Shown piece by piece: positions 27,968 through 37,186 of a DNA stretch of 43,111 bases. Below the pieces are notes generated by a model, which did no database searches, had not been told where the DNA came from, and saw only the letters and a list, made by a program, of their open reading frames with translations. The DNA comes from Verrucomicrobiia bacterium (GTDB lineage Bacteria; Verrucomicrobiota; Verrucomicrobiia; Palsa-1439): contig JANWVU010000002.1 in assembly GCA_025056465.1 (NCBI GenBank), positions 293 to 43,403 of the forward strand. The letters run 5' to 3'. Both the position numbers and the translations under genes were made by a program. Position 1 is the stretch's first letter. Every line of letters starts with the position of its first letter.

Positions 27968-28717
27968 ATGCAACGCACCCTGTTCCTCGATGCCGACGAC
28001 ACGCTCTGGGAAAACAACATCTACTTCGAGCGGGTCGTTGCCGCGTTTCTCCGCAAACTTCAGCGACGTGGCGTGCCCACGGCGATCGCGCGCCAACGTC
28101 TCTGGGATACCGAGCAGCGGATCATTCGCCGCTTCGGCTACGGCAGCCACCCGTTCTGCCGCGCGCTCGCCGAAGTTGCTCGCCAGCTCGCCTGTCCCGA
28201 CCTGACCGGCTGGATTTACGAACAACAAAAGTTCCTTGCTCATCATCCCATCGAGCTCATGCCGGGCGTCGCCCAAACCTTACCGGCGCTGGCCGAGTGC
28301 AACCGACTCATCCTTGTCACCAAAGGCGATCCTGAGGAACAACTTGGCAAACTTCACCGCGCGCAACTCGCCCGGTACTTCACCGCCACCGAAGTCGTGT
28401 TCGAGAAAAACGTCGCGACCTACCGACGCCTGCTCCGTCGCCACCGCGCGCACGCCGCCCACTCTTGGATGATTGGCAACTCACCTCGCTCCGATATCAA
28501 CCCTGCCAAAGCCGCCGGCCTCAACACCGTGTTCATCCCCTACCACACCACCTGGCAGCACGAGTTGGAAGAAATCTCATCAAACGGCGGTCACACGCTC
28601 GTGCTAGATCACTTCGGCCAACTCGCCGATCATTTCCTCGACACACGGGTCCTTAGCCCACCGGCGACTCGTCGCTCACCAAGGTCCCGATCGGCTCACC
28701 AAGAATCGCGCGCTTGA
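27968..28717 (+). CDS. HAD-superfamily hydrolase, 249 aa
   Basis: ORF 27950..28717, trimmed to the ATG at 27968 ([20 protein letters not shown] motif I DxDxT). Later motifs LILVTKGD and [11 protein letters not shown]. The last 65 nt overlap the 3' end of pyrH on the other strand. Confidence 0.8.
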   Translation: MQRTLFLDADDTLWENNIYFERVVAAFLRKLQRRGVPTAIARQRLWDTEQRIIRRFGYGSHPFCRALAEVARQLACPDLTGWIYEQQKFLAHHPIELMPGVAQTLPALAECNRLILVTKGDPEEQLGKLHRAQLARYFTATEVVFEKNVATYRRLLRRHRAHAAHSWMIGNSPRSDINPAKAAGLNTVFIPYHTTWQHELEEISSNGGHTLVLDHFGQLADHFLDTRVLSPPATRRSPRSRSAHQESRA

Positions 28718-29384
28718 TGTTGCCGCGTTTGAACAAATCGAACACGATGATCGGCATCTTGTTATCCATGCATAACGAAAACGCGGTGCTATCCATCACC
28801 GCCAACCGTCGTTGCAACGCCTCGGTGTAACTGATTCGGTCAAACCGCTGCGCATGGGGATCACGTTTGGGATCCGACGTGTAGATTCCGTCCACCTTGG
28901 TTGCCTTCAACAGCACCTCACAGCCCATCTCACTGGCGCGCAGCGCGGCGGTCGTGTCCGTGCTAAAAAACGGATTGCCGGTACCCGCCGCAAAAATTAC
29001 CACGCGCCCCTTCTCCAAATGCCGCACGGCGCGACGGCGGATGAACGGCTCCGCCACACTCCGCATCTCGATGGCTGATTGCACGCGCGTGTGCACACCG
29101 GCACGCTCCAGCGAATCCTGCAACGCGAGCGCGTTGATCACCGTGGCCAACATCCCCATGTAATCGCCGGTAACCCGATCCAGCCCATGCCGGCTGCCCG
29201 CCGTGCCGCGAAAAATGTTTCCGCCCCCAATGACAATGCAAAGCTGAATGCCCAGCTCCAACACGTCCTTGATTTCTGCGGCAATGCTGTCGCAGGTCTC
29301 GGGGGAAATCCCGTGTTCGCGAGGACCCAACAATGCCTCGCCGCTGAGTTTGAGCATTACCCGCCGGTAGCGTAGCGTGGCCAT
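28653..29384 (-). CDS. pyrH: UMP kinase
   Basis: [77 protein letters not shown]. Confidence 0.95.
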   Translation of the reverse strand: MATLRYRRVMLKLSGEALLGPREHGISPETCDSIAAEIKDVLELGIQLCIVIGGGNIFRGTAGSRHGLDRVTGDYMGMLATVINALALQDSLERAGVHTRVQSAIEMRSVAEPFIRRRAVRHLEKGRVVIFAAGTGNPFFSTDTTAALRASEMGCEVLLKATKVDGIYTSDPKRDPHAQRFDRISYTEALQRRLAVMDSTAFSLCMDNKMPIIVFDLFKRGNIKRAILGEPIGTLVSDESPVG

Positions 29385-29447
29385 CGTCCTTCGCTTTTAG
29401 CCGGTGGGCTGATGCTTGGCAAGCCCACCAACGGCGCACGCTGATCC

Positions 29448-30056
29448 TCAGCTCCCGCTCGCTGGCAACTCCTCGCCCAATTGCCAACGCACAAACCGCC
29501 GCACTACGATGTTTTCTCCCAACGCCGCGATTTTCTGGGCGATGTGCTCCTTGACCGTGATGTCGGGGTTTTTCACAAACGGCTGCTCAATCAAACACAC
29601 CGTGGAAAAAAACTTCTCCAGCTTCCCCTGACAAATCTTCTCCACCGCTGCCGGCGGTTTGTCTTTGACCTGTGCTGCATAGATATCCCGTTCCGCCGCA
29701 ATGACGTCGGCCGGTACGTCCTCCCGCCGGATCCAACGCGGATTGGTCGCGGCAATCTGTTGCGCGATTTCCTTTACCAATTCGCGAAACTGATCGTTGC
29801 GGGCCACAAAATCCGTCTCGCAATTGACCTCCACCAGTACACCCAACTTGCTGCCGTGATGAATGTAACTGGCAATGCATCCCTCTGACGCTACGCGTGA
29901 CGCGCGCCCTTGCGCAAACGCGATGCCTTTCTTTCGCAAAATCACCTCCGCCTCCGCCGCGTTGCCCTTGGCCTCAATCAACGCGCGCTTACAGTCCATC
30001 ATTCCCGCGCCAGTTTTTTCGCGTAACGCTTGCACTTGTTTCGGATCGATATCCAT
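29448..30056 (-). CDS. tsf: Elongation factor Ts (short form, 202 aa)
   Basis: ORF 29448..30113, trimmed to the ATG at 30056 (MDIDPKQVQALREKTGAGMMDCKRALIEAKGN, the UBA-like N-domain signature). Also VEVNCETDFVARN. Confidence 0.93.
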   Translation of the reverse strand: MDIDPKQVQALREKTGAGMMDCKRALIEAKGNAAEAEVILRKKGIAFAQGRASRVASEGCIASYIHHGSKLGVLVEVNCETDFVARNDQFRELVKEIAQQIAATNPRWIRREDVPADVIAAERDIYAAQVKDKPPAAVEKICQGKLEKFFSTVCLIEQPFVKNPDITVKEHIAQKIAALGENIVVRRFVRWQLGEELPASGS

Positions 30057-30084
30057 GGTTCGCTCCAAAAAAGAAATGTTTTCC

Positions 30085-30855
30085 CTAGGCCACCGGCCCC
30101 ACCGGCGCCCCACTCGCTGCCGATGCCTCCGTCGGCTCGCTCACCGATTCTACGGGGGCTAGCGACTTACCCAACTCCGCTTGGGCTTCCAAAATCGTCT
30201 GGGTGATTACGCCGGTGATGCACTTGATCGAGCGGATTGCATCATCGTTGCCGGCGATGGGGTACGTCACCCAGTCCGGGTCCGCGTTCGAGTCCACAAT
30301 CGCCACAATTGGAATCCTCAGGCGTCGCGCCTCGCGCACGGCGATTTCTTCGCGCACGATGTCCACCACATACAACGCACCCGGTAGCTGTTCCATGTTT
30401 ACAATGCCATCGAGATTGCGATGCAACTTAAACTGTTCGCGCCGCAACGAGGCTAGTTCCTTCTTCGGCATCAGCGCTGCATCCGCCGATTCCAATTTCG
30501 CGTCAATCTCGCGCATTCGTTTTACGCTGTTGCGGATGGTGCGCAAATTCGTCAGCGTGCCGCCGAGCCACCGATCCACGCAGTAGGGCATCCCGGTTCG
30601 CAGCGCTGCCTCCTTCAATTCTTGCTGTGCCTGCTTTTTTGTGCCCACAAACAGAACCTGTCCGCCTCCCAGAACCAGTTCGTGCAAGAACCCACAAGCA
30701 ATTTCAATTTGGGTCAGCGTCTTATTCAGATCAAAAAGATGAACGCCGTTGCGCTCACCGTAGATGAACTTTCGCATTTTCGGGTTCCACCGTTGGACTT
30801 GGTGTCCGAAGTGAACCCCCGCATCCATTAATTCCTGAATGGTTATGTTTGCCAA
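30085..30855 (-). CDS. rpsB: 30S ribosomal protein S2
   Basis: LMDAGVHFGHQVQRWNPKMRKFIYGERNGVHLFDL...ILFVGTKKQA...RWLGGTLTN...PGALYVVD. TTG start at 30855..30853 preceded by GGAGGA (complement of 30860-30865). Confidence 0.95.
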   Translation of the reverse strand: MANITIQELMDAGVHFGHQVQRWNPKMRKFIYGERNGVHLFDLNKTLTQIEIACGFLHELVLGGGQVLFVGTKKQAQQELKEAALRTGMPYCVDRWLGGTLTNLRTIRNSVKRMREIDAKLESADAALMPKKELASLRREQFKLHRNLDGIVNMEQLPGALYVVDIVREEIAVREARRLRIPIVAIVDSNADPDWVTYPIAGNDDAIRSIKCITGVITQTILEAQAELGKSLAPVESVSEPTEASAASGAPVGPVA

Positions 30856-30935
30856 TCGATCCTCCGTGGTTCATCCCCGGCACCAACCGACTACCGGGGA
30901 CATCCTGCCAGTGGCAGGATTTGGGTTGTTTTCAC
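30856..30935 (-). promoter_or_regulatory. Structured rpsB 5' leader (two stem-loops immediately upstream of the SD)
   Basis: Hairpin 1 has an 8-bp perfect stem, atcctgcc/ggcaggat (30902-30909 and 30913-30920), with a 3-nt loop. Hairpin 2 has a 6-bp stem, ccccgg/ccgggg (30875-30880 and 30894-30899), with a 13-nt loop and lies 9 nt from the SD. Function is not established. Confidence 0.3.
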
Positions 30936-31116
30936 GCCACGCCGACACCGTGCCGACATGGGAAGTGCGATTCTATGCAGGGAGCCTCGCTTTGCAAGCC
31001 CCTATACCCTTGTCTGTTTCGCGGCTTTCATCCCCTTCCCCACGTCAACTCTGCACGTCCAGCCAACGCGCTTTCGCTTGCATCCGAAGTGCTTCCCAGC
31101 TTAGTTTTCGACTGCC

Positions 31117-31620
31117 ATGGCTGCAAAACAACCGCTTGGCACCCAATCGGAGGCAACTACGATTAGTGCTCGCGATATTTTTTTTGAGTGCCCCGCTTGC
31201 AACAAAAGTTTGGTGGTGGATGAATCCGCGGAAGGTCTGATGGTGGAATGTCCGCAATGCCACATCAATGTCATCGTGCCCCCGAAATCCTCTTCAGTGA
31301 TGCCTCCACCGCCAAGCCCCGAAACCAAACCTCCTGCCCGTCCTTCCGAGCCAACCCCATCGCCGGCCGCTCACGACGATTTGATGCAGCGACTCAACAC
31401 CCTCGCCGCGCAACTGCGCGAACAGCAAACCCAATGGGCCGAAGTCACCAACCGCATCGCCTCGCACATCAACGATGTGAACCGCGAACTGGTGATTCTC
31501 GGTCGCTTGGAAACCCGTCACAAGCAGTTGCTCCAAGAGTGGAATCAACTGGTGGCCGAATTTACGTCGCGCACAACACCCACTGTCCCAACCCCACCAA
31601 CCGCCTCTGGCGCTCAGTAG
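31117..31620 (+). CDS. Zinc-ribbon protein with a Pro-rich linker and C-terminal coiled-coil-like region, 167 aa
   Basis: Two CxxC pairs (CPACNKSLVV...ECPQCHINVIVP), then PPPPSPETKPPARPSEPTPSP, then a heptad-like segment LMQRLNTLAAQLREQQTQWAEVTNRIASHINDVNRELVILGRLE. No family recognised. Confidence 0.55.
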   Translation: MAAKQPLGTQSEATTISARDIFFECPACNKSLVVDESAEGLMVECPQCHINVIVPPKSSSVMPPPPSPETKPPARPSEPTPSPAAHDDLMQRLNTLAAQLREQQTQWAEVTNRIASHINDVNRELVILGRLETRHKQLLQEWNQLVAEFTSRTTPTVPTPPTASGAQ

Positions 31621-31656
31621 CGACATCGGGGCCGCGTTGTTGTCCTCACCGCTGAG

Positions 31657-33000
31657 TTACTTGCCGTTTACCCCAGCTAAACTCGGCGCGGGCGCGGAAG
31701 ACACCGTGGGCGCAGCCGGTAACGCCAAGCTCTTGACCAAAATTTTCGAGCGCCGACCGTTCTGTTCATATTTCTCACGGCGACCCGGTGGCAAATCATC
31801 AATCGTGCCTTCCCGGTATCCGAGTTTGTGTTGGAAAAACGTGAATGCTTGCGTCGAAAGACAAAAAATTTGCTCACACCCCCGTTCACGAGCCAACGTC
31901 TCCGCGTACTGCGCCAGTTTGGTGCCGATACCGCGATTGGCATGGGGCGGACTTACATGCAGACACGCCAGCTCTGCTTTCTTCAGCTCGGGCGTCGGAT
32001 GCAGTTGGCAACAGCCCACGATATTTCCATCAATCTCGAATACGAAAAACTCGTTCAGCTCTTTCTCCAACGTCCGCCGATTCCGCTTGATCAACTGCTC
32101 GCCCTCCATCGCGGGTTTGATCAATGCAAAAATGTGGCGCAGATCCTTGCGCTGCGCCGGCCGGATTCCCTGATACTGGTTCGCGTAGATCAAAGTGCCG
32201 ATGCCCTCGTTCGAAAACACCTCCGCCAACAGTCCCTCATCCACCGTCCCACTCAGGATGTGCACCCGCTCCACCCCACCTTGCAACGCCTGCAGCGCAT
32301 GGACCGCTTTCGACTGCACCGCGGCGGGGATCTTCTCGAACGCCTGTTTCAGCACCGACTCCAACTCTTTCACCGACATCTGCGGCACAAGCTTCCCATC
32401 CAACTCGATTCCCGGTGCCGTCCCGATATACATCAACTTCACCGCTCCCAACTGTCGGGCTACCTCCACCGCCACGCTGTCCGAGTTCAATCGATAGGTA
32501 TTCCCGCTGCCGTCGCACGCCACCGGTGGAATCACCGGAATGATCCCGCGGTCCAACAACGTCCGCAGCAACTCCACATCCACTTGGTGAACCTTGCCGG
32601 TGTACTGATGATCTACCCCCTTCAAAATTCCCAACGGCACCGCCTCGATGCAATTAGTCAACGCGCCACGCAGGTTATTCAACGACAGCCCTTCCAAAAT
32701 CTCATGCGTCACGTTATTGGCTGCCATGATCGCAACCCGCAACGTGGCCCCATCCGTGATTCCCGTCCCGTCCCAGTTGGTGATCGGCACGCTTAACTCC
32801 TGTGCCAACTTCTGAACCTGATAACCGGCACCGTGCACCAACACCAACCGGATGCTCAAACTCCGCAACACCGCCACATCCATCAGCAGATTCGGGAAAT
32901 TGTCATCCGCCACCACCGCACCGTCCATCGCCAGAATGAACACCTGATCGCGAAACTGGGGGATGTAATGCAGAATGCCGCGCAAATCCGTTGGTTTCAT
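31657..33000 (-). CDS. argA: Amino-acid N-acetyltransferase (N-acetylglutamate synthase, ArgA-type: amino-acid kinase fold plus GNAT)
   Basis: N-terminal AAK-fold segments FRDQVFILAMDGAVV, RLVLVHGAG and YRLNSDSVAVEVARQLGAVKLMYI. C-terminal GNAT segment with HVSPPHANRGIGTKLAQYAE. 447 aa, typical for bifunctional-fold ArgA. Confidence 0.85.
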   Translation of the reverse strand: MKPTDLRGILHYIPQFRDQVFILAMDGAVVADDNFPNLLMDVAVLRSLSIRLVLVHGAGYQVQKLAQELSVPITNWDGTGITDGATLRVAIMAANNVTHEILEGLSLNNLRGALTNCIEAVPLGILKGVDHQYTGKVHQVDVELLRTLLDRGIIPVIPPVACDGSGNTYRLNSDSVAVEVARQLGAVKLMYIGTAPGIELDGKLVPQMSVKELESVLKQAFEKIPAAVQSKAVHALQALQGGVERVHILSGTVDEGLLAEVFSNEGIGTLIYANQYQGIRPAQRKDLRHIFALIKPAMEGEQLIKRNRRTLEKELNEFFVFEIDGNIVGCCQLHPTPELKKAELACLHVSPPHANRGIGTKLAQYAETLARERGCEQIFCLSTQAFTFFQHKLGYREGTIDDLPPGRREKYEQNGRRSKILVKSLALPAAPTVSSAPAPSLAGVNGK

Positions 33001-33998
33001 TAGCGATTCGCTTTATACGCCCCAACACCGGCCTTTTCAACCGACGATTTCCCCCCGGCGCCAACTCCCTTCAATCCGCGCTCATTCACAGAACGCCGAT
33101 TAAACTCATATTGCGGCACCAGCTCTGCTGACCGACCAGCTCCCAATAGATATCCGCAACACTGCCCTACCCCGTCCGCCGTCAAACCAACGGCCAACGC
33201 CGGTAGCGCGGACCACCGGCCCACGCGCCGTACGGCCGACCACAGCCTCCACATTCGCACCACCGGAATCAGCGGCGACCCAACGACGAACATCGCACGC
33301 CGCCGCCAATCCCAACGGCTTGCCCGCGCCGCGGCGAAAACTCGCCCACCATGAAACATCGCCCCCAACCACACGTCCCATCGGGCAAAGTTCGTATGCC
33401 GCACCCGCGCCCTCGGCTCCAGCCACAACACCTCGCCCCGCTGCCGCATGTCCCAATGCAACAGGGTTTCCGCCTCCAGAAACGCCGGTAGTTGATCGCC
33501 ATACCGTAACAGCGCGGAGCGTTTGTAACTGGAATTGTGGCCCGGCAAAAATTCCACGGGTCCCTCGCGCGCCGGTACCAACCACGGCCCGTAGCCAATG
33601 ATCAAGTCCGCCCAGCTCACAGCATTGACCGGGTTCGCACATTCGATGCCCGGTCCAACCGCAACCACCGGCCGCTGGTGCGCCGCCAACAATCTTTCGG
33701 CACAATCAGACAATGGGAACGCATGATCCTCAGCGAAGAGCACAATCGGCGCGCGCGCCGACATCACGCCCACGGCGTTGCCATGCCCCACCGAACGCAC
33801 CGATGGCTCTTCAACCAACTGCCAGCAACCCAACCCATTTACCGCGGACTCATCCACGGCCAACGTCGAGCGCGATGGTGTCACCAACACCAGTTCTATA
33901 CGTTTCGCGATCGTTTGCGCCACTACATGCCGCACTGTTTCCCGCACCACCTCGAACGAATCGCGCGTGGTGAGAATCACCGATAGCGCAGGTTCCAT
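33000..33998 (-). CDS. Family 2 glycosyltransferase, 332 aa
   Basis: ORF 33000..34133, trimmed to the ATG at 33998 (MEPALSVILTTRDSFEVVRETVRHVVAQT, GT-A N-terminal pattern), with FAEDH as the DxD-equivalent region. Its stop TAA (33002..33000) shares one nucleotide with the argA ATG. Confidence 0.75.
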   Translation of the reverse strand: MEPALSVILTTRDSFEVVRETVRHVVAQTIAKRIELVLVTPSRSTLAVDESAVNGLGCWQLVEEPSVRSVGHGNAVGVMSARAPIVLFAEDHAFPLSDCAERLLAAHQRPVVAVGPGIECANPVNAVSWADLIIGYGPWLVPAREGPVEFLPGHNSSYKRSALLRYGDQLPAFLEAETLLHWDMRQRGEVLWLEPRARVRHTNFARWDVWLGAMFHGGRVFAAARASRWDWRRRAMFVVGSPLIPVVRMWRLWSAVRRVGRWSALPALAVGLTADGVGQCCGYLLGAGRSAELVPQYEFNRRSVNERGLKGVGAGGKSSVEKAGVGAYKANR

Positions 33999-34873
33999 TG
34001 CGTCAGTCGCTCCCAAAAAAATCCAAGCGCGTTCGCCACTTGTGCCACCACCAGCAGAGCCATCAACTGCATCGCGCGTGCTCCCCTGTGACAATTCCAC
34101 GGGTACCGCAGCAATCCCACATAGAACGACCACGGCTCCACCCGCAGACCTTCATTCCACCGTCGGGCGCGTGTCACGTGGTAGTAATGCGCTCCGCGAC
34201 CGTAATTGAAATGCTGTTGCCAAAACCGACTCGCATTCAGATTGTGCGCGTGGTGCACAACCATCCCGGGCACGAACCGCAACCGGTATCCCGCGTGAAG
34301 CCATCGGTCACAAAACTCGCGGTCCTCGGCCGCCGCGCGCGGCAGCGCCTCATCAAAGCCTCCCAATTCGAGAAAACGCCGTCGCCCCAACGCCACGTTG
34401 TTTGTTGTAAAAAACCTCGGTCCCGCGGCACCTCGACTGTAGTAGTCATAGAGATAACTTACCAACGTTTGGCTCGCCTCGGCCCAAGGATTGTTCGCCA
34501 ACGCATTCGTGACGGGTCCCCCCAACAGGTCATTGGGATACCTTCGCCACGCGTCCACCGCCGCGCGTAGCCAACCAACGTCCGGGTAGCAATCATCATC
34601 CGTAAATGCCACCAACTCCCCCCGCGCCACCTGCGCGCCCGCGTTGCGCGCTTTGGCTGGCCCAGCCGGTGGTTGCCGAATCAGCTTTGCACCCTCAACC
34701 TCTACCGGCCTCACGCTGCCATCGTCCACCACGATGACCTCATAACGGTCGCGTGGGTAGTCCAATCCCATCAGACACTCCACGCACGCCCGTACCTTTT
34801 GCGGACGGTTTCGCGTGGGAATCACGATGGAGCAGAACGGTTCCATGCCATCAATGACCTCGCGAGGTTCCAT
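33977..34873 (-). CDS. Family 2 glycosyltransferase, 298 aa
   Basis: CSIVIPTRNRPQKVRACVECLMGLDYPRDRYEVIVVDDGS...ARNAGAQVARGELVAFTDDDC (classic GT2 motifs including DDD/DxD). Overlaps both neighbours. Confidence 0.87.
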   Translation of the reverse strand: MEPREVIDGMEPFCSIVIPTRNRPQKVRACVECLMGLDYPRDRYEVIVVDDGSVRPVEVEGAKLIRQPPAGPAKARNAGAQVARGELVAFTDDDCYPDVGWLRAAVDAWRRYPNDLLGGPVTNALANNPWAEASQTLVSYLYDYYSRGAAGPRFFTTNNVALGRRRFLELGGFDEALPRAAAEDREFCDRWLHAGYRLRFVPGMVVHHAHNLNASRFWQQHFNYGRGAHYYHVTRARRWNEGLRVEPWSFYVGLLRYPWNCHRGARAMQLMALLVVAQVANALGFFWERLTQWNLRYR

Positions 34874-36291
34874 TCACGCCATCCCCACTCGCGCACGATG
34901 ACCAACCCGAAAACCGCGCCCGTCGCCAACAGCATCATCTTGAGCACCACCCACCCGCCCGGGGTAGCCCACTCTCGCGCCACCCACCACACCGCCACAC
35001 CTACAATCGCGCACCGCCCCAGCGCGGTTACCGGCATCTCGACCTTCCACACCCGATGCACCGTCCACAATGCCAATCCGGCGCCGAACCACGCGCTGAT
35101 GCTCCACGCCATCGCCGCCCCGAGCGCACCCCAGCTCGGGACCCACCACAAACCCAAACCGATTCCCGCCACCACCAGCGCCACCGCATAACCTACCGTT
35201 GCGCGCGGGTAGCCCGCCGCCGTCAGCACACCCGTCACCACATTGAAAACCACCGTCCCAATCGCACCCCACATCAACCAACCCAACAGTGGTCCCGCTT
35301 CCACAAACCTTGCCCCAAACAACAACCCGGCGATTTCCCGCCCTGCCCCCGCCGTCAAACCCACCAACGGCAACATCCACCACACCACCCGCAACGCATC
35401 CCGCGTCAACGCCCGCGCGCGCTCATGCTCTCCATCACGCACCGCATGCGTCAACGTCGCCGTCAACATCGGAACAAACGTCATCGAAAGCAGCCGCGGC
35501 AAAATCGCCACATTCACCGCCGCCCCCAACCAACCCACTTCCTGCGCGCTCCCACCGCACGCTTTCAACATCAACACCATTTGCACATCAAACAACCGCA
35601 AGCACGCCGACGCCACAAACAACGGCACCGCATACCCCAACACCTCACGCACACTCACCGGGTTTGCCACCCGCCACGGAATCGAGCAATACCGTCGCGT
35701 CACCACCAACTCGATCACCGTTGCCGCGAGGTTGCCCAAGATTGCGCCCGAAACCGACATCCCCAACTCAACCAACCCCACAATCAATACCAACCGGCTC
35801 AACCACCGCCACACGCTCGCCACCGCACGCTGCCGGTATCCTCCCCGACCGGTCAACACACTGCGATGCGCATGCGCGACGCTGAACACGGGTATCTCCA
35901 ACGCCATCAAACCCAGCCACCAAGCCACTGACTCATCCCCAAACACGCGTCCCAACGGTGACGCCAAACCCATCACCAATAACATCGCACCACAGCCCAA
36001 CCACAAATGCCACCGTACCAGCGCCGACCCAATCCGCTGCCAATCCTCACCGGCTTCACCCACCAACTTCAACGCCGCTCGCGAAAACACCGTCGCCACC
36101 GTCCACTCCACCCAACCCACAAACGACGCCACCAGCGTGAACCACCCATAACCTTCCGGCAGCAACGCCCGCGTCAAATACGCCGCCGTCACCAACCCGG
36201 TCAGCGGAAACAACGACTCGGCCATCAACCCACGAACCACTCCATCGGCGAGATGGCGGCTTCGATTCTCATTGGTTGTTCGCCCCATCAT
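34822..36291 (-). CDS. Polysaccharide/oligosaccharide flippase (Wzx-like, MOP superfamily), 489 aa
   Basis: About 12-14 hydrophobic helices with short loops. The N-terminal GVVRGLMAESLFPLTGLVTAAYLTRALLPEGYGWFTLV resembles the polysaccharide biosynthesis protein family. Context is among GT genes. Confidence 0.78.
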   Translation of the reverse strand: MMGRTTNENRSRHLADGVVRGLMAESLFPLTGLVTAAYLTRALLPEGYGWFTLVASFVGWVEWTVATVFSRAALKLVGEAGEDWQRIGSALVRWHLWLGCGAMLLVMGLASPLGRVFGDESVAWWLGLMALEIPVFSVAHAHRSVLTGRGGYRQRAVASVWRWLSRLVLIVGLVELGMSVSGAILGNLAATVIELVVTRRYCSIPWRVANPVSVREVLGYAVPLFVASACLRLFDVQMVLMLKACGGSAQEVGWLGAAVNVAILPRLLSMTFVPMLTATLTHAVRDGEHERARALTRDALRVVWWMLPLVGLTAGAGREIAGLLFGARFVEAGPLLGWLMWGAIGTVVFNVVTGVLTAAGYPRATVGYAVALVVAGIGLGLWWVPSWGALGAAMAWSISAWFGAGLALWTVHRVWKVEMPVTALGRCAIVGVAVWWVAREWATPGGWVVLKMMLLATGAVFGLVIVREWGWREWNLARSLMAWNRSAPS

Positions 36292-36340
36292 GACAACGGC
36301 CCCGAGCGCACCTTCGACCGAAACAGTTGCAGGCTGCAGT

Positions 36341-37186
36341 TCACACCAACGCCCATTCCGTTAGATCCCGGCGCAAAAATTTTCTCAACGCCTGCACATC
36401 GTCTGCCAGCCAACCACGCAACCGCTCTCGCGCTGTTTCCGTCACAATTGGCACAGGAACCGGCCGCGAAAATGGCCAGTAGGGCAAAAACGTCAGCCGC
36501 CAATGCAGTTCGGGCGGAAGCAAACTTTCCGGCAGGCGCCCCGTGATCCGTCGCATCCAGGAGCCCAACCTCGTCGGTTTTCGTTGATCACCCGCTCGGA
36601 ATCTCTCCTGCGAAAAACGAGGTGATTGAAATGTGTCGTCCACACATAGGAACCGAAAAATCTTTTGCAGGGTCTCCACTCGCCGTTCTTTCAAGTCCTC
36701 GCTGAGCACCACAAGGATTTGTTCTGGCGGGTACCACTGCAAAAATTGCTGCAACTGCCACCAGTACCGGCTTCGATACACGTAATCACAGTCCGGGCGC
36801 CCCACAGCCTCCTCGAACGGCCGCATCTCGCGTCCCAGCGCCACCCAATGCACGTAATGCGATACGATCCGCTGAATTGGATCCCGCACCAAATAGATCA
36901 GCCGTGCCTGTGGGATCACTTCATGCATCCGAGATGCGACGGCTGACTCTGACGGAAACGAAGTGTAATGCGGAGAGCTTTCCCCCCGCACCGGCTTTTT
37001 CGTGGAAAATTGCGCCTGGTACCATGCCAACCCGCGCGACCAATTGCCATTCAGACAAAAGAAATTCAGCTCCTTTATTCGCGACATGAAAATTTGCGGG
37101 TGTTGCTTCAGGTAAAAATGCAAACTGGTGGTTCCACATTTTTGCGCGCCGATCACCACCAAGTTTGGCAGCATCCCCATGGTCAA
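36341..37186 (-). CDS. Sulfotransferase (PAPS-dependent), about 277-281 aa; start at TTG 37186, ATG 37180 or ATG 37174
   Basis: 5'-phosphosulfate binding loop VVIGAQKCGTTSL and 3'-phosphate binding motif LVRDPIQRIVSHY. The TTG at 37186 overlaps the stop of the upstream gene (37183-37185). Confidence 0.85.
   Translation of the reverse strand: MTMGMLPNLVVIGAQKCGTTSLHFYLKQHPQIFMSRIKELNFFCLNGNWSRGLAWYQAQFSTKKPVRGESSPHYTSFPSESAVASRMHEVIPQARLIYLVRDPIQRIVSHYVHWVALGREMRPFEEAVGRPDCDYVYRSRYWWQLQQFLQWYPPEQILVVLSEDLKERRVETLQKIFRFLCVDDTFQSPRFSQERFRAGDQRKPTRLGSWMRRITGRLPESLLPPELHWRLTFLPYWPFSRPVPVPIVTETARERLRGWLADDVQALRKFLRRDLTEWALV

Noticed and set aside
30902-30935. Perfect 8-bp hairpin followed by a T-rich run, read as a plus-strand Rho-independent terminator
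   Set aside because: No plus-strand gene ends upstream of it. It lies in the rpsB 5' leader on the other strand, so it is reported there as a candidate leader structure instead.
35056-36151. Pro/Thr/His-rich plus-strand ORFs (35056..35931, 35243..36151, 35289..35885) that look like repetitive proline-rich proteins
   Set aside because: They are antisense to the flippase gene. The composition is what Trp/Gly/Val-rich membrane codons give when read backwards. Three frames are open at once, which argues for an artefact.
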